Source: a bacterium
GTDB taxonomy: Bacteria > Bacillota > DTU030 > DUMP01
Direction of reading: 5' to 3'
DNA length: 64,000 nucleotides
Assembly (NCBI GenBank): GCA_050951365.1
Contig: JBMNIX010000011.1
Span: forward strand, 8,845-72,844
Below the pieces are notes generated by a model. It was not told where the DNA came from. It made no database searches and saw nothing but the letters and a program-made list of their open reading frames with translations. Position 1 is the first letter of the stretch. Every line of letters starts with the position of its first letter. The position numbers and the translations under genes were made by a program. Positions 56,962 to 64,000 of the stretch are shown in pieces.

Positions 56962-57966
56962 CTATTGTGCGAAATACTTCACGGGCTCAATCCGCCCTGC
57001 TACTACCCCACCGTAGGTCTTGATTTCCCTCACCTTGTAGCGCTGCAGTGCTGCTACCTGCGCGGGGGTCAGCACCGCAAGCTCCTCCAAGGTTTCCATC
57101 ACAGCCGGAGCCATAGCTCGGTCCGCCCCATCCTCAATCTTGAGAGCAATACCTAAGCCCGAAGATAGCACGCCTACGCCAAAGGAACTCTCACCACCGT
57201 CCTTGGCTACGAGACCTTGAGTTGCTTGGAGAAGTTCCGTGGTGAACCGCCCCGTCCCGGCGATGAGCTCTGGGTACTTGGCCATTGCCTGCTGGATAAG
57301 CTCTATTCCCTGACGCCGTTTACCGCTGAAGCTATCCGCTTGTGCCAGGCGGGAGTAGCCCAGGGCCATGTTCCGCAACGGAATAGCAAACACCGGCACC
57401 CCACAGGTGTCAATTCCGATCTTGATCGCTTCCACTGGAAACTCCATTAGCTCGGCAACTGTCTTAAGCATGAGCTGTTGCACTGGATGGTTAATCTCCA
57501 TATAAGAATCAAGGTCCCAACCCATATGGCATACAATGGCCAGCATACAGGCGTGCTTGCCTGAGCAGGCATTGCGCAGTGGACTAATTTTTCCCCCGGC
57601 CGCCTTCAGACGCTGAGCCGTGGGGCGATGGAAGGGTGGCTGGACACCACACTGCAGGAACTCCTCGGAAAGACCGATCTTGTTAAGTATTGACATCACT
57701 TGCTCCGCATGCATGTCCTCGCCACTATGGGAGCCCGCCATTACGGCAATCTCGGGCAGAGAAAACCCGTACCTTTCATAGGCCCCGGTCTCAAACAGCG
57801 GTAAAACTTGAAACGGTTTGGCCGCAGAGCGCAGAAATGTCATACGTTCAGGGTCACCATACGCTGCCAACATCTCTCCTGTTCGGTCCACCACCGCGAT
57901 GGATCCTGAGTGACGACTCTCAGGAAAATCTCCCCGATAGACTACTGTAACCACTTGCGACTTCAT
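56962..57966 (-). CDS. asparaginase II family protein (PF06089-like)
   Basis: VYRGDFPESRHSGSIAVVD..G.....GDPE..TFLRSAAKPFQVLPL and SGKHACML motifs. Confidence 0.75.
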   Translation of the reverse strand: MKSQVVTVVYRGDFPESRHSGSIAVVDRTGEMLAAYGDPERMTFLRSAAKPFQVLPLFETGAYERYGFSLPEIAVMAGSHSGEDMHAEQVMSILNKIGLSEEFLQCGVQPPFHRPTAQRLKAAGGKISPLRNACSGKHACMLAIVCHMGWDLDSYMEINHPVQQLMLKTVAELMEFPVEAIKIGIDTCGVPVFAIPLRNMALGYSRLAQADSFSGKRRQGIELIQQAMAKYPELIAGTGRFTTELLQATQGLVAKDGGESSFGVGVLSSGLGIALKIEDGADRAMAPAVMETLEELAVLTPAQVAALQRYKVREIKTYGGVVAGRIEPVKYFAQ

Positions 57967-58121
57967 AACACCAACTCCGTTTGGTAGTGTTCTACCGGGG
58001 TAATTCTCCCTTGCCGAACTTTTCTCCTCTAGGGAGCCACCTTTTCCGAAGGCAACAAGGCAATGACGGTCCTGTTCATCTATCAGTCATTTTCTCCAGT
58101 TTAAGGGGGCCGAAGGCCCCC

Positions 58122-58418
58122 TTAACTAAGCTGGTCCTCCAGTGTGTTCAAGAGCTGATTCAATTGTTTTAGCTTCTGAGCGGCGTCTTGTTCATTGCTA
58201 GCAAACCGATTGAGCTGGTTCGTGGCCTGGGCCTCACGAGCAGCGGTAGCTTGATAGTTAGGAGAATGGGCATTGGACAGGATCTGCTGGTTGGTCTGCT
58301 CATCTTTCGCCAATTGCTGGGCCATTCGCACGTTGCTTGTTTCAGCCTGTTCCAGTTGATTGATGATCTGGCGCATCTGGTTTAAAGTTTGCTTTGCCTG
58401 CTGTTTATTTGCGGGCAT
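58122..58418 (-). CDS. Gln/Asn-rich coiled-coil small protein, function unknown
   Basis: ATG 58418 (RBS GGAGGTGG) gives MPANKQQAKQTLNQMRQIINQLEQAETSN...; 98 aa. Confidence 0.45.
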   Translation of the reverse strand: MPANKQQAKQTLNQMRQIINQLEQAETSNVRMAQQLAKDEQTNQQILSNAHSPNYQATAAREAQATNQLNRFASNEQDAAQKLKQLNQLLNTLEDQLS

Positions 58419-58460
58419 GTAACCACCTCCATGCGTATTGTTCCCAGGAGACGAGATATA

Positions 58461-58490
58461 AAAAACAAAAACCCCGCGTGAGCGCGGGAT
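58461..58490 (-). terminator. rho-independent terminator ending the agr/HD-GYP operon
   Basis: On the minus strand, CCCGCGC-tcac-GCGGGG is followed by TTTTTGTTTTTT. Confidence 0.8.
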
Positions 58491-58505
58491 CAAAAACAAC
58501 ATTTT

Positions 58506-59090
58506 CTAGGTAAAACTTCGCATTGTGGATTTTTTTGTTTTAAAGAGTTGAACCAGTTCGGGATCAAAGGCTGTACCGGCATTCTCAACCAGTTGTTCTA
58601 TGGCGTCGGCATCACTCATGGCACCATGATAGGGACGATCGGTGGTCATGGCGTCGTAGCTGTCAACTATTCTTATGATGCGGGCGGCCAGCGGTATCTC
58701 CTCGCCTTTGAGCTGGTCAGGATAACCACTGCCATCATAGTTTTCGTGATGATGACGGATTATCCTAGCCGCGGGTTCCAAAGAAGGTATCGCCCCCACT
58801 ATCTCGCTTCCCCAATGAGGGTGTTGGCGGAATGTGTTTATTTCCTCTGGTGTCAAACGGCCAGGAGTGTTGAGAAGGTAACGATCGATTTCTATCTTAC
58901 CTATATCGTGCAAGAAGGCAGCGTAGCGCAGAAAACGCAGTTCATCACCTTCAAGCCCCAGCCAACTGGCGAATTCACTGGCATACTTTAACACGCGGAC
59001 AGAGTGACCGTAGGTGTACCTGTCCTTGACGTTGATGACCGCAATTAGGGTCTGTACTGAATTGACTAGCTCCCGTTCATCTTCAGCCAT
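58506..59090 (-). CDS. HD-GYP domain c-di-GMP phosphodiesterase (stand-alone catalytic domain)
   Basis: YTYGHSVRV, FLHDIGKIEI, HHENYDGSGYP and IVDSYDAMTTDRPY. ATG 59090 is chosen because the longer ORF-track N-terminus overlaps the agrD-like ORF. The start is uncertain. Confidence 0.8.
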   Translation of the reverse strand: MAEDERELVNSVQTLIAVINVKDRYTYGHSVRVLKYASEFASWLGLEGDELRFLRYAAFLHDIGKIEIDRYLLNTPGRLTPEEINTFRQHPHWGSEIVGAIPSLEPAARIIRHHHENYDGSGYPDQLKGEEIPLAARIIRIVDSYDAMTTDRPYHGAMSDADAIEQLVENAGTAFDPELVQLFKTKKSTMRSFT

Positions 59091-59158
59091 GTCATCAAAC
59101 ACCGAACAGTAGATGACTACCCGGTTCTTGTCTAGGACCTTATAAAGAAGAGTCTTGT

Positions 59159-59290
59159 CTATTTTTGTAACATTTTGGGAACAGTCGGTTGATAGTGGCC
59201 GAGGAAACAGGCTGAAGCCGAGGCAACATTGGCCACCATCATCAGCCCTACTACTGCTACACCCAACAACCAGTGTGCAAACCTTTTCAT
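59159..59290 (-). CDS. agrD: AgrD-like autoinducing-peptide precursor (43 aa; absent from the ORF track)
   Basis: Its ATG shares a base with the agrB stop (TGATG). The product is MKRFAHWLLGVAVVGLMMVANVASASACFLGHYQPTVPKMLQK. It has an amphipathic leader, a single Cys, and a tail resembling clostridial AgrD (C. perfringens ...TSACLWFTHQPEEPKSLRDE, from memory). Confidence 0.7.
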   Translation of the reverse strand: MKRFAHWLLGVAVVGLMMVANVASASACFLGHYQPTVPKMLQK

Positions 59291-59928
59291 CACACAACCT
59301 CCTCTCTTTCGTATTTTGCCACTCCAAGCATATCAATCCATCTGAACAGGTTGTGGCCTGACCTGGTTAGGATAAAGGCACTCCACAAAATAGCCAGAGA
59401 AATGCTTCCCCGTACTCCCAGGGGCAGCCACCCATTTGGAAGTATTAGGACAATAGCCCACAGCATTAAGGTTACCATGGCTCCTAACCTTAGCTTTTTT
59501 CTCCTTTGCAGGGATATTATGGGCGCTCCTGGAGAGTCCACAGGAGCCAGATAATATACAAGAGTAACCCCCGTTATTACACTTACGATTGTTAGCGTGT
59601 TCACTATCGTTGGTCCGAAATACGAGAACATTGCAGCTGTCGCAGCGATGGCAGGGAATAGCAAGACCGTCACCACTGTACAGCGCAAAGGTGAGTTACT
59701 GTGGGCGCCACCTGAGAAAAAGCGAACGGTGGACACAACAAGGAGCGCAGCTATAGTCTCCACAACCAGACCCAAAAGATAAGCACACAGGAGCGAAAGA
59801 ATAACATTGAGGAGGTTAAGGCTCAGAACTTCGATAGCATACGCCATTACTTCTTCCGTCTCCGCTGATGCATTAGCCTTAGAGGCCAAGAAACGAGCGG
59901 CTTTTCTGCTGTGGGGAAGATAAGCCAT
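59290..59928 (-). CDS. agrB: AgrB-family accessory gene regulator protein (AIP-processing membrane peptidase)
   Basis: A polytopic protein with the AgrB hallmark VRFFSGGAHS and a basic loop (RRKKLR). The start is ATG 59928 (50-nt overlap with the upstream ORF) or ATG 59847. Confidence 0.8.
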   Translation of the reverse strand: MAYLPHSRKAARFLASKANASAETEEVMAYAIEVLSLNLLNVILSLLCAYLLGLVVETIAALLVVSTVRFFSGGAHSNSPLRCTVVTVLLFPAIAATAAMFSYFGPTIVNTLTIVSVITGVTLVYYLAPVDSPGAPIISLQRRKKLRLGAMVTLMLWAIVLILPNGWLPLGVRGSISLAILWSAFILTRSGHNLFRWIDMLGVAKYEREEVV

Positions 59929-60394
59929 GATGCTCTGTTGTTCCTTTCCTTGCTCTAAAGTGCCACACGGTCAACGCCAGTATTATCATCGTCACCGCCT
60001 GCGGCAGGCCAACTAATGCCCAAAGCAGGGGATCTGTTGCAACGGTTTGCACATCTACCTCGAGAAGGGCAAAGGCCAAAGTGTGGAAACCAAACTCTAG
60101 TACAGCTATCAGAACTGCACTGGAAAAGGCAGCCAAGAAGCCTTTGGCCGAGGACACATTGCCTATTTTAATGACAATAATCATCAAAAAGAGCAGACCC
60201 AAGAGTGTATGTATCCCGAAAGGAAAGGGCAGGTATCGAATCGATTGGATCGCTAGCATAAGCCCGGCAGAATAACCCATAACCTGCCTAAGGCTAGGGG
60301 TTATACCCGCTATAACCAAGGCCATACTAAAGAGCCCTAAGATTTCCAAGTATGCTTGTAGGACCACTATGATAGATACATACACACTCCACAC
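59879..60394 (-). CDS. polytopic membrane protein (about 5 TM segments, no soluble domain), first gene of the agr-like cluster
   Basis: 171 aa from GTG 60394, hydrophobic throughout. It overlaps or abuts agrB. No kinase or other catalytic motif is seen. Confidence 0.55.
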   Translation of the reverse strand: MWSVYVSIIVVLQAYLEILGLFSMALVIAGITPSLRQVMGYSAGLMLAIQSIRYLPFPFGIHTLLGLLFLMIIVIKIGNVSSAKGFLAAFSSAVLIAVLEFGFHTLAFALLEVDVQTVATDPLLWALVGLPQAVTMIILALTVWHFRARKGTTEHHGLSSPQQKSRSFLGL

Positions 60395-60443
60395 CCCAGC
60401 CTACGTGATAATATGATTGATTATATAACTGTATATATGGTAC

Positions 60444-60465
60444 ATTATACCACCAGAGGAGTCAA
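60444..60465 (-). promoter_or_regulatory. candidate sigma-A extended -10 promoter (TGgTATAAT) for the agr-like operon
   Basis: The minus strand reads TTGACTcctctggTGGTATAAT about 50 nt upstream of GTG 60394. The TTGACT is too close (10 nt) to serve as a canonical -35 element. Confidence 0.35.
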
Positions 60466-60552
60466 TATCCAGATTGATTTGCGACAAATTTTTTCAAAAA
60501 CCCTCTATTCCGGACTCACTCACTTAACAGTGTTACCCATACAGACAGCAAA

Positions 60553-60574
60553 CTCCCGCTGACTTCAGCGGGAG
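60553..60574 (-). terminator. terminator-like hairpin after tRNA-Glu(UUC)
   Basis: A 9-bp stem CTCCCGCTG-actt-CAGCGGGAG followed by only a short U run (TTT) on the minus strand. Confidence 0.45.
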
Positions 60575-60588
60575 TGCTTGTTCTAAAT

Positions 60589-60664
60589 TGGTAGCCCCAA
60601 GGGGATTCGAACCCCTGTTGCCGCCGTGAAAGGGCGGTGTCCTAAACCACTAGACCATGGGGCC
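60589..60664 (-). tRNA. tRNA-Glu (anticodon UUC)
   Basis: The reverse complement GGCCCCATGGTCTAGTGGTTTAGGACACCGCCCTTTCACGGCGGCAACAGGGGTTCGAATCCCCTTGGGGCTACCA folds as a cloverleaf. The anticodon loop is CT-TTC-AC and CCA is encoded. Confidence 0.9.
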
Positions 60665-60755
60665 ACGGGTCTTCAGCGCTCAACATGAAAGAGTGTACTA
60701 TAAACCCGGGCCCCTGTCAATGGTGTCTTATAGGAAATTGTGGTGCACTGTTAAC

Positions 60756-61577
60756 TTAGATCCACTGACTTATCTTGGCATCAATGCTACTAATCACCGC
60801 ACGGGCATTGGCATAGGCATAGTCTGGCGGAAGTAAAGTACGAACCAGATACTCCTTGTTAGTTTCGTCGGGGTCAATGGCTGCTACCAAATCTGGGCGT
60901 AGTGATGTATCTGGATCGTTGAAGCGCAGGGGCAAGAGCCATTTGTAGCCCCCTGCCTCCGCATTTTTGTCCCGATACCACTGCGGCACGGCAACCTGAG
61001 CAGCAATCCGGTGGGCGGTTGTAACTGCACCGTAAAGAACCAAGAAGCGTTGGTAGGGTGTGAGGTTGGGCAGAATTTCTCTAATTCGTGACTCGTGGTC
61101 CCGGAGGTAATGGTCAAAATTAAACTGAAGCTTGTAGTCGCTCCGATACTTAGGATACTTGTATTTAGGAGCCTTGGGAGCCTTTTCCCTCACCGTGGTA
61201 GCGGAAGCAGAGCCCAAGGAAACCTCAAATGATTCACCCTTAAAAACAAACGTGGCTACAAAGGGTTGCCTGTTTTCTAAGCGATTCTTCATAAATAATA
61301 CCGTTATCGGCTGGCCATCGGTAGAAACTAGGTGTCCCACCCGCCAGAGGCAATAGGAATCGTCTTTAGCAAACTTGAGCAATCCCTGTTCTCTAGCAAT
61401 CTCAAAGTTATAATCCATATAAATAGATAAAACTTGCAGGTTGTCGCCCCAGTTCTCCCTTACAGCGAACTCGGCCACCTTTTGAATGATAGCATCGGGA
61501 ACATGGGCAAAGAGTCGCAACAATGTCGGGTAATCGTTTTCCGGCAATCTGTGTCCCTCCTTGTAATATGTAGGCAA
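60756..61577 (-). CDS. DUF3825-like hypothetical protein
   Basis: 273 aa. ...ENWGDNLQVLSIYMDYNFEIAREQGLL... and ...YKWLLPLRF...AYANARAV... resemble the DUF3825 pattern as I remember it. Confidence 0.45.
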   Translation of the reverse strand: MPTYYKEGHRLPENDYPTLLRLFAHVPDAIIQKVAEFAVRENWGDNLQVLSIYMDYNFEIAREQGLLKFAKDDSYCLWRVGHLVSTDGQPITVLFMKNRLENRQPFVATFVFKGESFEVSLGSASATTVREKAPKAPKYKYPKYRSDYKLQFNFDHYLRDHESRIREILPNLTPYQRFLVLYGAVTTAHRIAAQVAVPQWYRDKNAEAGGYKWLLPLRFNDPDTSLRPDLVAAIDPDETNKEYLVRTLLPPDYAYANARAVISSIDAKISQWI

Positions 61578-61591
61578 CTTCTCTGCACAAC

Positions 61592-62709
61592 CTAAGAGAA
61601 GTTGCTAGGCTTCTTGCCCGCTTTGCAACGGAGAACCTTTGATTTTGGGTTGTACTTAAAGCCTTGTTCCTCAAGCCTGTCTTTCTTTGTGCGATTAGGA
61701 ATGTAGGGTTTGATATTGCTTTCAACCAACTCCGTTCGAAAAGTGGAATCATCGTAACCCCTGTCAGCAGCCAGTCGGGATGCCTTCAACTCCCTTTCTT
61801 CCAAGGCCGCTATCATTTCCTTGGCGGGTTCAAGTTCCGCTTCGTTGCCTGGAGTAACCTCCGCAGCGGTGACAATGCCCGTCTCATCGCAAGCCGCATG
61901 AACTTTGTATCCCAAGAACGGTTCGTCTTTCTTCTTAAAGCCCCAGCGAGCCTCCGGATCACTGAAGCTGGCTACACCCTCACCGTTCAGAACGGCGGCA
62001 TAAAGAGCGCACTCTCTCCCCACAGACTCATCAGTAGTACAGTCTCCTACGGCTGCCAGGAATTTCTTGCCCTGCTCGATCTCGGCAGCGAGAAGCTCCG
62101 TGTGGGAGGAATAGTCGGCATCAGGCAGCGGAGCAGCTAGATTTTGCAGTTCTTCCGCCTTGGCAGCGTCGACGCGCGCCAGATTCCTAAGTACGCGCTT
62201 ACGGCCTTCCCGCACCAAACTCAGGGTATTCTTGACGGCAACGTGAGCTATCACCTTGGTCCCATCAATGATCGTCCAGTGGCCGCGAAGGCACTTCTTA
62301 GCTTTCGCTTCTGCAACGACCCGCTCGAAAAGCTCACGGAACTTCTCTTCTCCCAAGCGTTTGCGGAAGACCACCAGGGTAGTGTCGTCGGGAACTATCG
62401 TCGTCCCACCCAAAGTCGCAGAACCAGCGGTAGAGCACGTTGTACTTGAGCTCCCGGCACACCTGTACATCGGAAAGGCCCGCCCAAACTCTCCAAGAAG
62501 AGCACCCTGAACAGGGACTCCGGGGGATAGCTGGGTCGCCCGTTCACCGGGTCATATAAGTCCGCGACCACTCCCGTTACAAAGGAAAAATCGACATGCT
62601 TCTTAATTTGTACCAAAGGATGGAGTAGCTTCGACATTGTGCAGCCTTTACCCTGCCAAATACTACAAATCTCTCCCACCGACATGAGCAAGGATAAGTC
62701 ACCGCTCAA
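61592..62709 (-). mobile_element. decayed IS5/IS1182-like transposase gene (at least 2 frameshifts, 3' truncated)
   Basis: The N-terminal DUF772-like block ...DLYDPVNGRPSYPPESLFRVLFLE is in one frame. LSDVQVCRELKYNVLYRWFCDFGWDDD is in a second frame. The DDE body (IIDGTKV..., LAADRGYDD...) is in a third frame and ends shortly after ...RCKAGKKP, before the expected catalytic Glu region. Confidence 0.7.
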
Positions 62710-62824
62710 AGCAGCTGTCGCAGCCGCTCTAATTCACTTTTGGGGAGTGAGCCGATGGAATGTTTGAAAGATATAACAAAAACTCCGGGCCAATGCATGC
62801 TCGGAGTTATGCTCGTAAGAAAAC

Positions 62825-62898
62825 TGGCTGCGGGACTAGGATTCGAACCTAGGCAACATGATCCAGAGTCATGTGTGCTACCGCTACACCATCCCGCA
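62825..62898 (-). tRNA. tRNA-Gln (anticodon CUG)
   Basis: The reverse complement TGCGGGATGGTGTAGCGGTAGCACACATGACTCTGGATCATGTTGCCTAGGTTCGAATCCTAGTCCCGCAGCCA has a U1-A72 pair. The anticodon loop is CT-CTG-GA, the T-loop is TTCGAAT, and CCA is encoded. Confidence 0.9.
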
Positions 62899-62983
62899 AC
62901 ACTTTCACTTTCAACATAAGTTATCTTAGCACAAAGGCTATCCCAAGTCAAGAAACCGGAGCTGGAAGTGGCAACAAGTTTTG

Positions 62984-64000
62984 TCAACCTGGGACCTGCT
63001 CATCATACTGTTGGTTTCGTTTTACACTTGAGCAGGGGGTAGGACCTCCCTTGCTGAAAAAACGAAGGACCTCTACTAAACGGTCGATGTCGGCCCTATT
63101 GTTATAAAAGTGCACACCTACACGCATGGAAGTGGGCGAGGCAACATGAACTCGCACCCCATGGGCAGCCAGTACACGGTCCGTAAGTTCCCAAGAAGCC
63201 GGGAAGGTAAGGTAAGTAATACCGGAACGGTTGTCTTGCGGGAATGGTCCCACTACACCCACTCCAGGTACAGTTGTAACCCGTTGGTAGAGGTACTCGG
63301 TAAGGCCCAGGATGTAACTTTCTACATCCGCCTTACCTAAGGAGAGGTAGTTCTTGATGGCCGCCTCCATACCCCAAAGACCGGCCCAGTTGAGACCACC
63401 CAGCTCGAAGCGCCGGGCATCAGGGTGATAATAAACCTGATCCTTGGGAGAATTCATCCGGTTCGGGGTGCCTACCCAGCCAAAGTAACGAGGGGTTATA
63501 CGCTCCAGGAGCCTGGCACTGACATAACCGAAACCAATGCCAAACATGTTGCCCAGCCACTTGTAGCTAGAGGCAACCAGAAAGTCCACCTGCATACTCT
63601 GAACGTCTATCTGCATGGCTCCTATGCCCTGAGTGGCATCTACAGCGAGGAGTAATCCTCGTTTCCGGCAAAACTGACCCACCTCGTAGAGGTTGTGCCT
63701 AAAGCCAGAGGTATTTTCCACAAAGCAGAGAGAGATAGCAATGGTCCTATCGTCTACTAGCGCTGCTAAACGCTTCAGAGGCACCATCCCGTTCTCGGCC
63801 GGGGCGAGACGAACCTCTAGACCTCTTCGCGACTGGTTAAGCCAAGTGAGGGTGGTGGCAGGAAAGGCCAGGCTGGTAGAGACAATATTGGCGCCTGATT
63901 CCCAATCAATACCGCTGGAGAGAACATTGAGCGCGGAGGACGAATTGAAGTCATAGAAAATCTCGCCGGCCTGAGCGTTTATCATCTCCGCCACCAGCGA
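62984..64000 (-). CDS. class V PLP aminotransferase / cysteine desulfurase-like protein, N-terminus beyond the window edge
   Basis: AVDATQGIGA and SSYKWLGN (PLP-Lys) motifs. The frame stays open to base 64000. Confidence 0.7.
   Translation of the reverse strand, partial: SLVAEMINAQAGEIFYDFNSSSALNVLSSGIDWESGANIVSTSLAFPATTLTWLNQSRRGLEVRLAPAENGMVPLKRLAALVDDRTIAISLCFVENTSGFRHNLYEVGQFCRKRGLLLAVDATQGIGAMQIDVQSMQVDFLVASSYKWLGNMFGIGFGYVSARLLERITPRYFGWVGTPNRMNSPKDQVYYHPDARRFELGGLNWAGLWGMEAAIKNYLSLGKADVESYILGLTEYLYQRVTTVPGVGVVGPFPQDNRSGITYLTFPASWELTDRVLAAHGVRVHVASPTSMRVGVHFYNNRADIDRLVEVLRFFSKGGPTPCSSVKRNQQYDEQVPG

Noticed and set aside
59091-59336. Long N-terminal extension of the HD-GYP ORF (MICLEWQNTKERRLCDEK...)
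   Set aside because: The extension overlaps the agrB 3' end and the whole AgrD-like ORF in another frame. It is Cys-rich and low-complexity and has no RBS. The HD-GYP domain is complete from Met at 59090.
60665-62824. Direct repeats of the tRNA-Gln or tRNA-Glu 3' ends that would define an integrated genomic island
   Set aside because: Reading the flanks by eye, I found no convincing partial tRNA copy. Without a computational repeat search, the islet is reported only as an IS/tRNA-associated scar.
1-64000. CRISPR arrays, rRNA genes, prophage or defence-system gene clusters
   Set aside because: No regularly spaced short repeats, no rRNA-like sequence, and no nuclease, methylase or phage structural genes were seen on either strand.

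Overview
This 64 kb window looks like chromosome from a moderately GC-rich, endospore-forming Firmicute (Clostridia-like). The evidence is strong AGGAGG ribosome-binding sites plus genes for an alpha/beta SASP, YabG, Veg, CotF-like proteins, a YjcZ-like peptide and a SipL-like LysM protein. All family calls come from motifs I recognise in the translations; no database search was run.

Gene content by block:
- 1-6.8 kb: the tail of a sigma-54 activator, a textbook -24/-12 promoter, and a tungsten-type aldehyde:ferredoxin oxidoreductase (AOR) gene carrying one in-frame TAG. A MoaD-like GG protein follows. Converging on these are a DmpA peptidase, an OPT transporter and a ThiF/E1-MobB fusion.
- 7-27 kb: a catabolic/uptake island. 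It holds a TctCBA transporter, an FAH-family enzyme, an asparaginase, a cyclic amidohydrolase, two creatininase paralogs (one frameshifted), a Dpp/Opp-type ABC system, a GntR regulator, an M20 peptidase and a Zn-ADH. The island contains two diverged copies of an uncharacterised two-gene module: a 2x[4Fe-4S] ferredoxin-fusion protein followed by a Cys-rich protein starting MTHTLHR.
- 27.2-27.6 kb: a C_GCAxxG_C_C redox protein whose first conserved Cys codon is TGA, with a hairpin downstream. This is a candidate selenoprotein.
- 27.8-36.4 kb: spore and cell-wall genes.
- 36.8-57.9 kb: housekeeping and salvage genes. These include RNase J, ThiI, a cysteine desulfurase, DegV, a GH18 hydrolase, ComB, tRNA-Glu, adenine deaminase, kynureninase, an M20D amidohydrolase with a DUF3100 protein, Pdp, MtnA and an asparaginase II.
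- 58.5-60.4 kb: an agr-like cassette. It runs membrane protein, AgrB, an unlisted 43-aa AgrD-like peptide, then an HD-GYP phosphodiesterase in place of AgrCA.
- 60.6-62.9 kb: a DUF3825-like gene and a decayed IS transposase, bracketed by tRNA-Glu and tRNA-Gln.
- 62984 to the window edge: a partial class V aminotransferase gene.

Several genes are disrupted (one nonsense codon, frameshifts, gene relics). This needs read-level checking.
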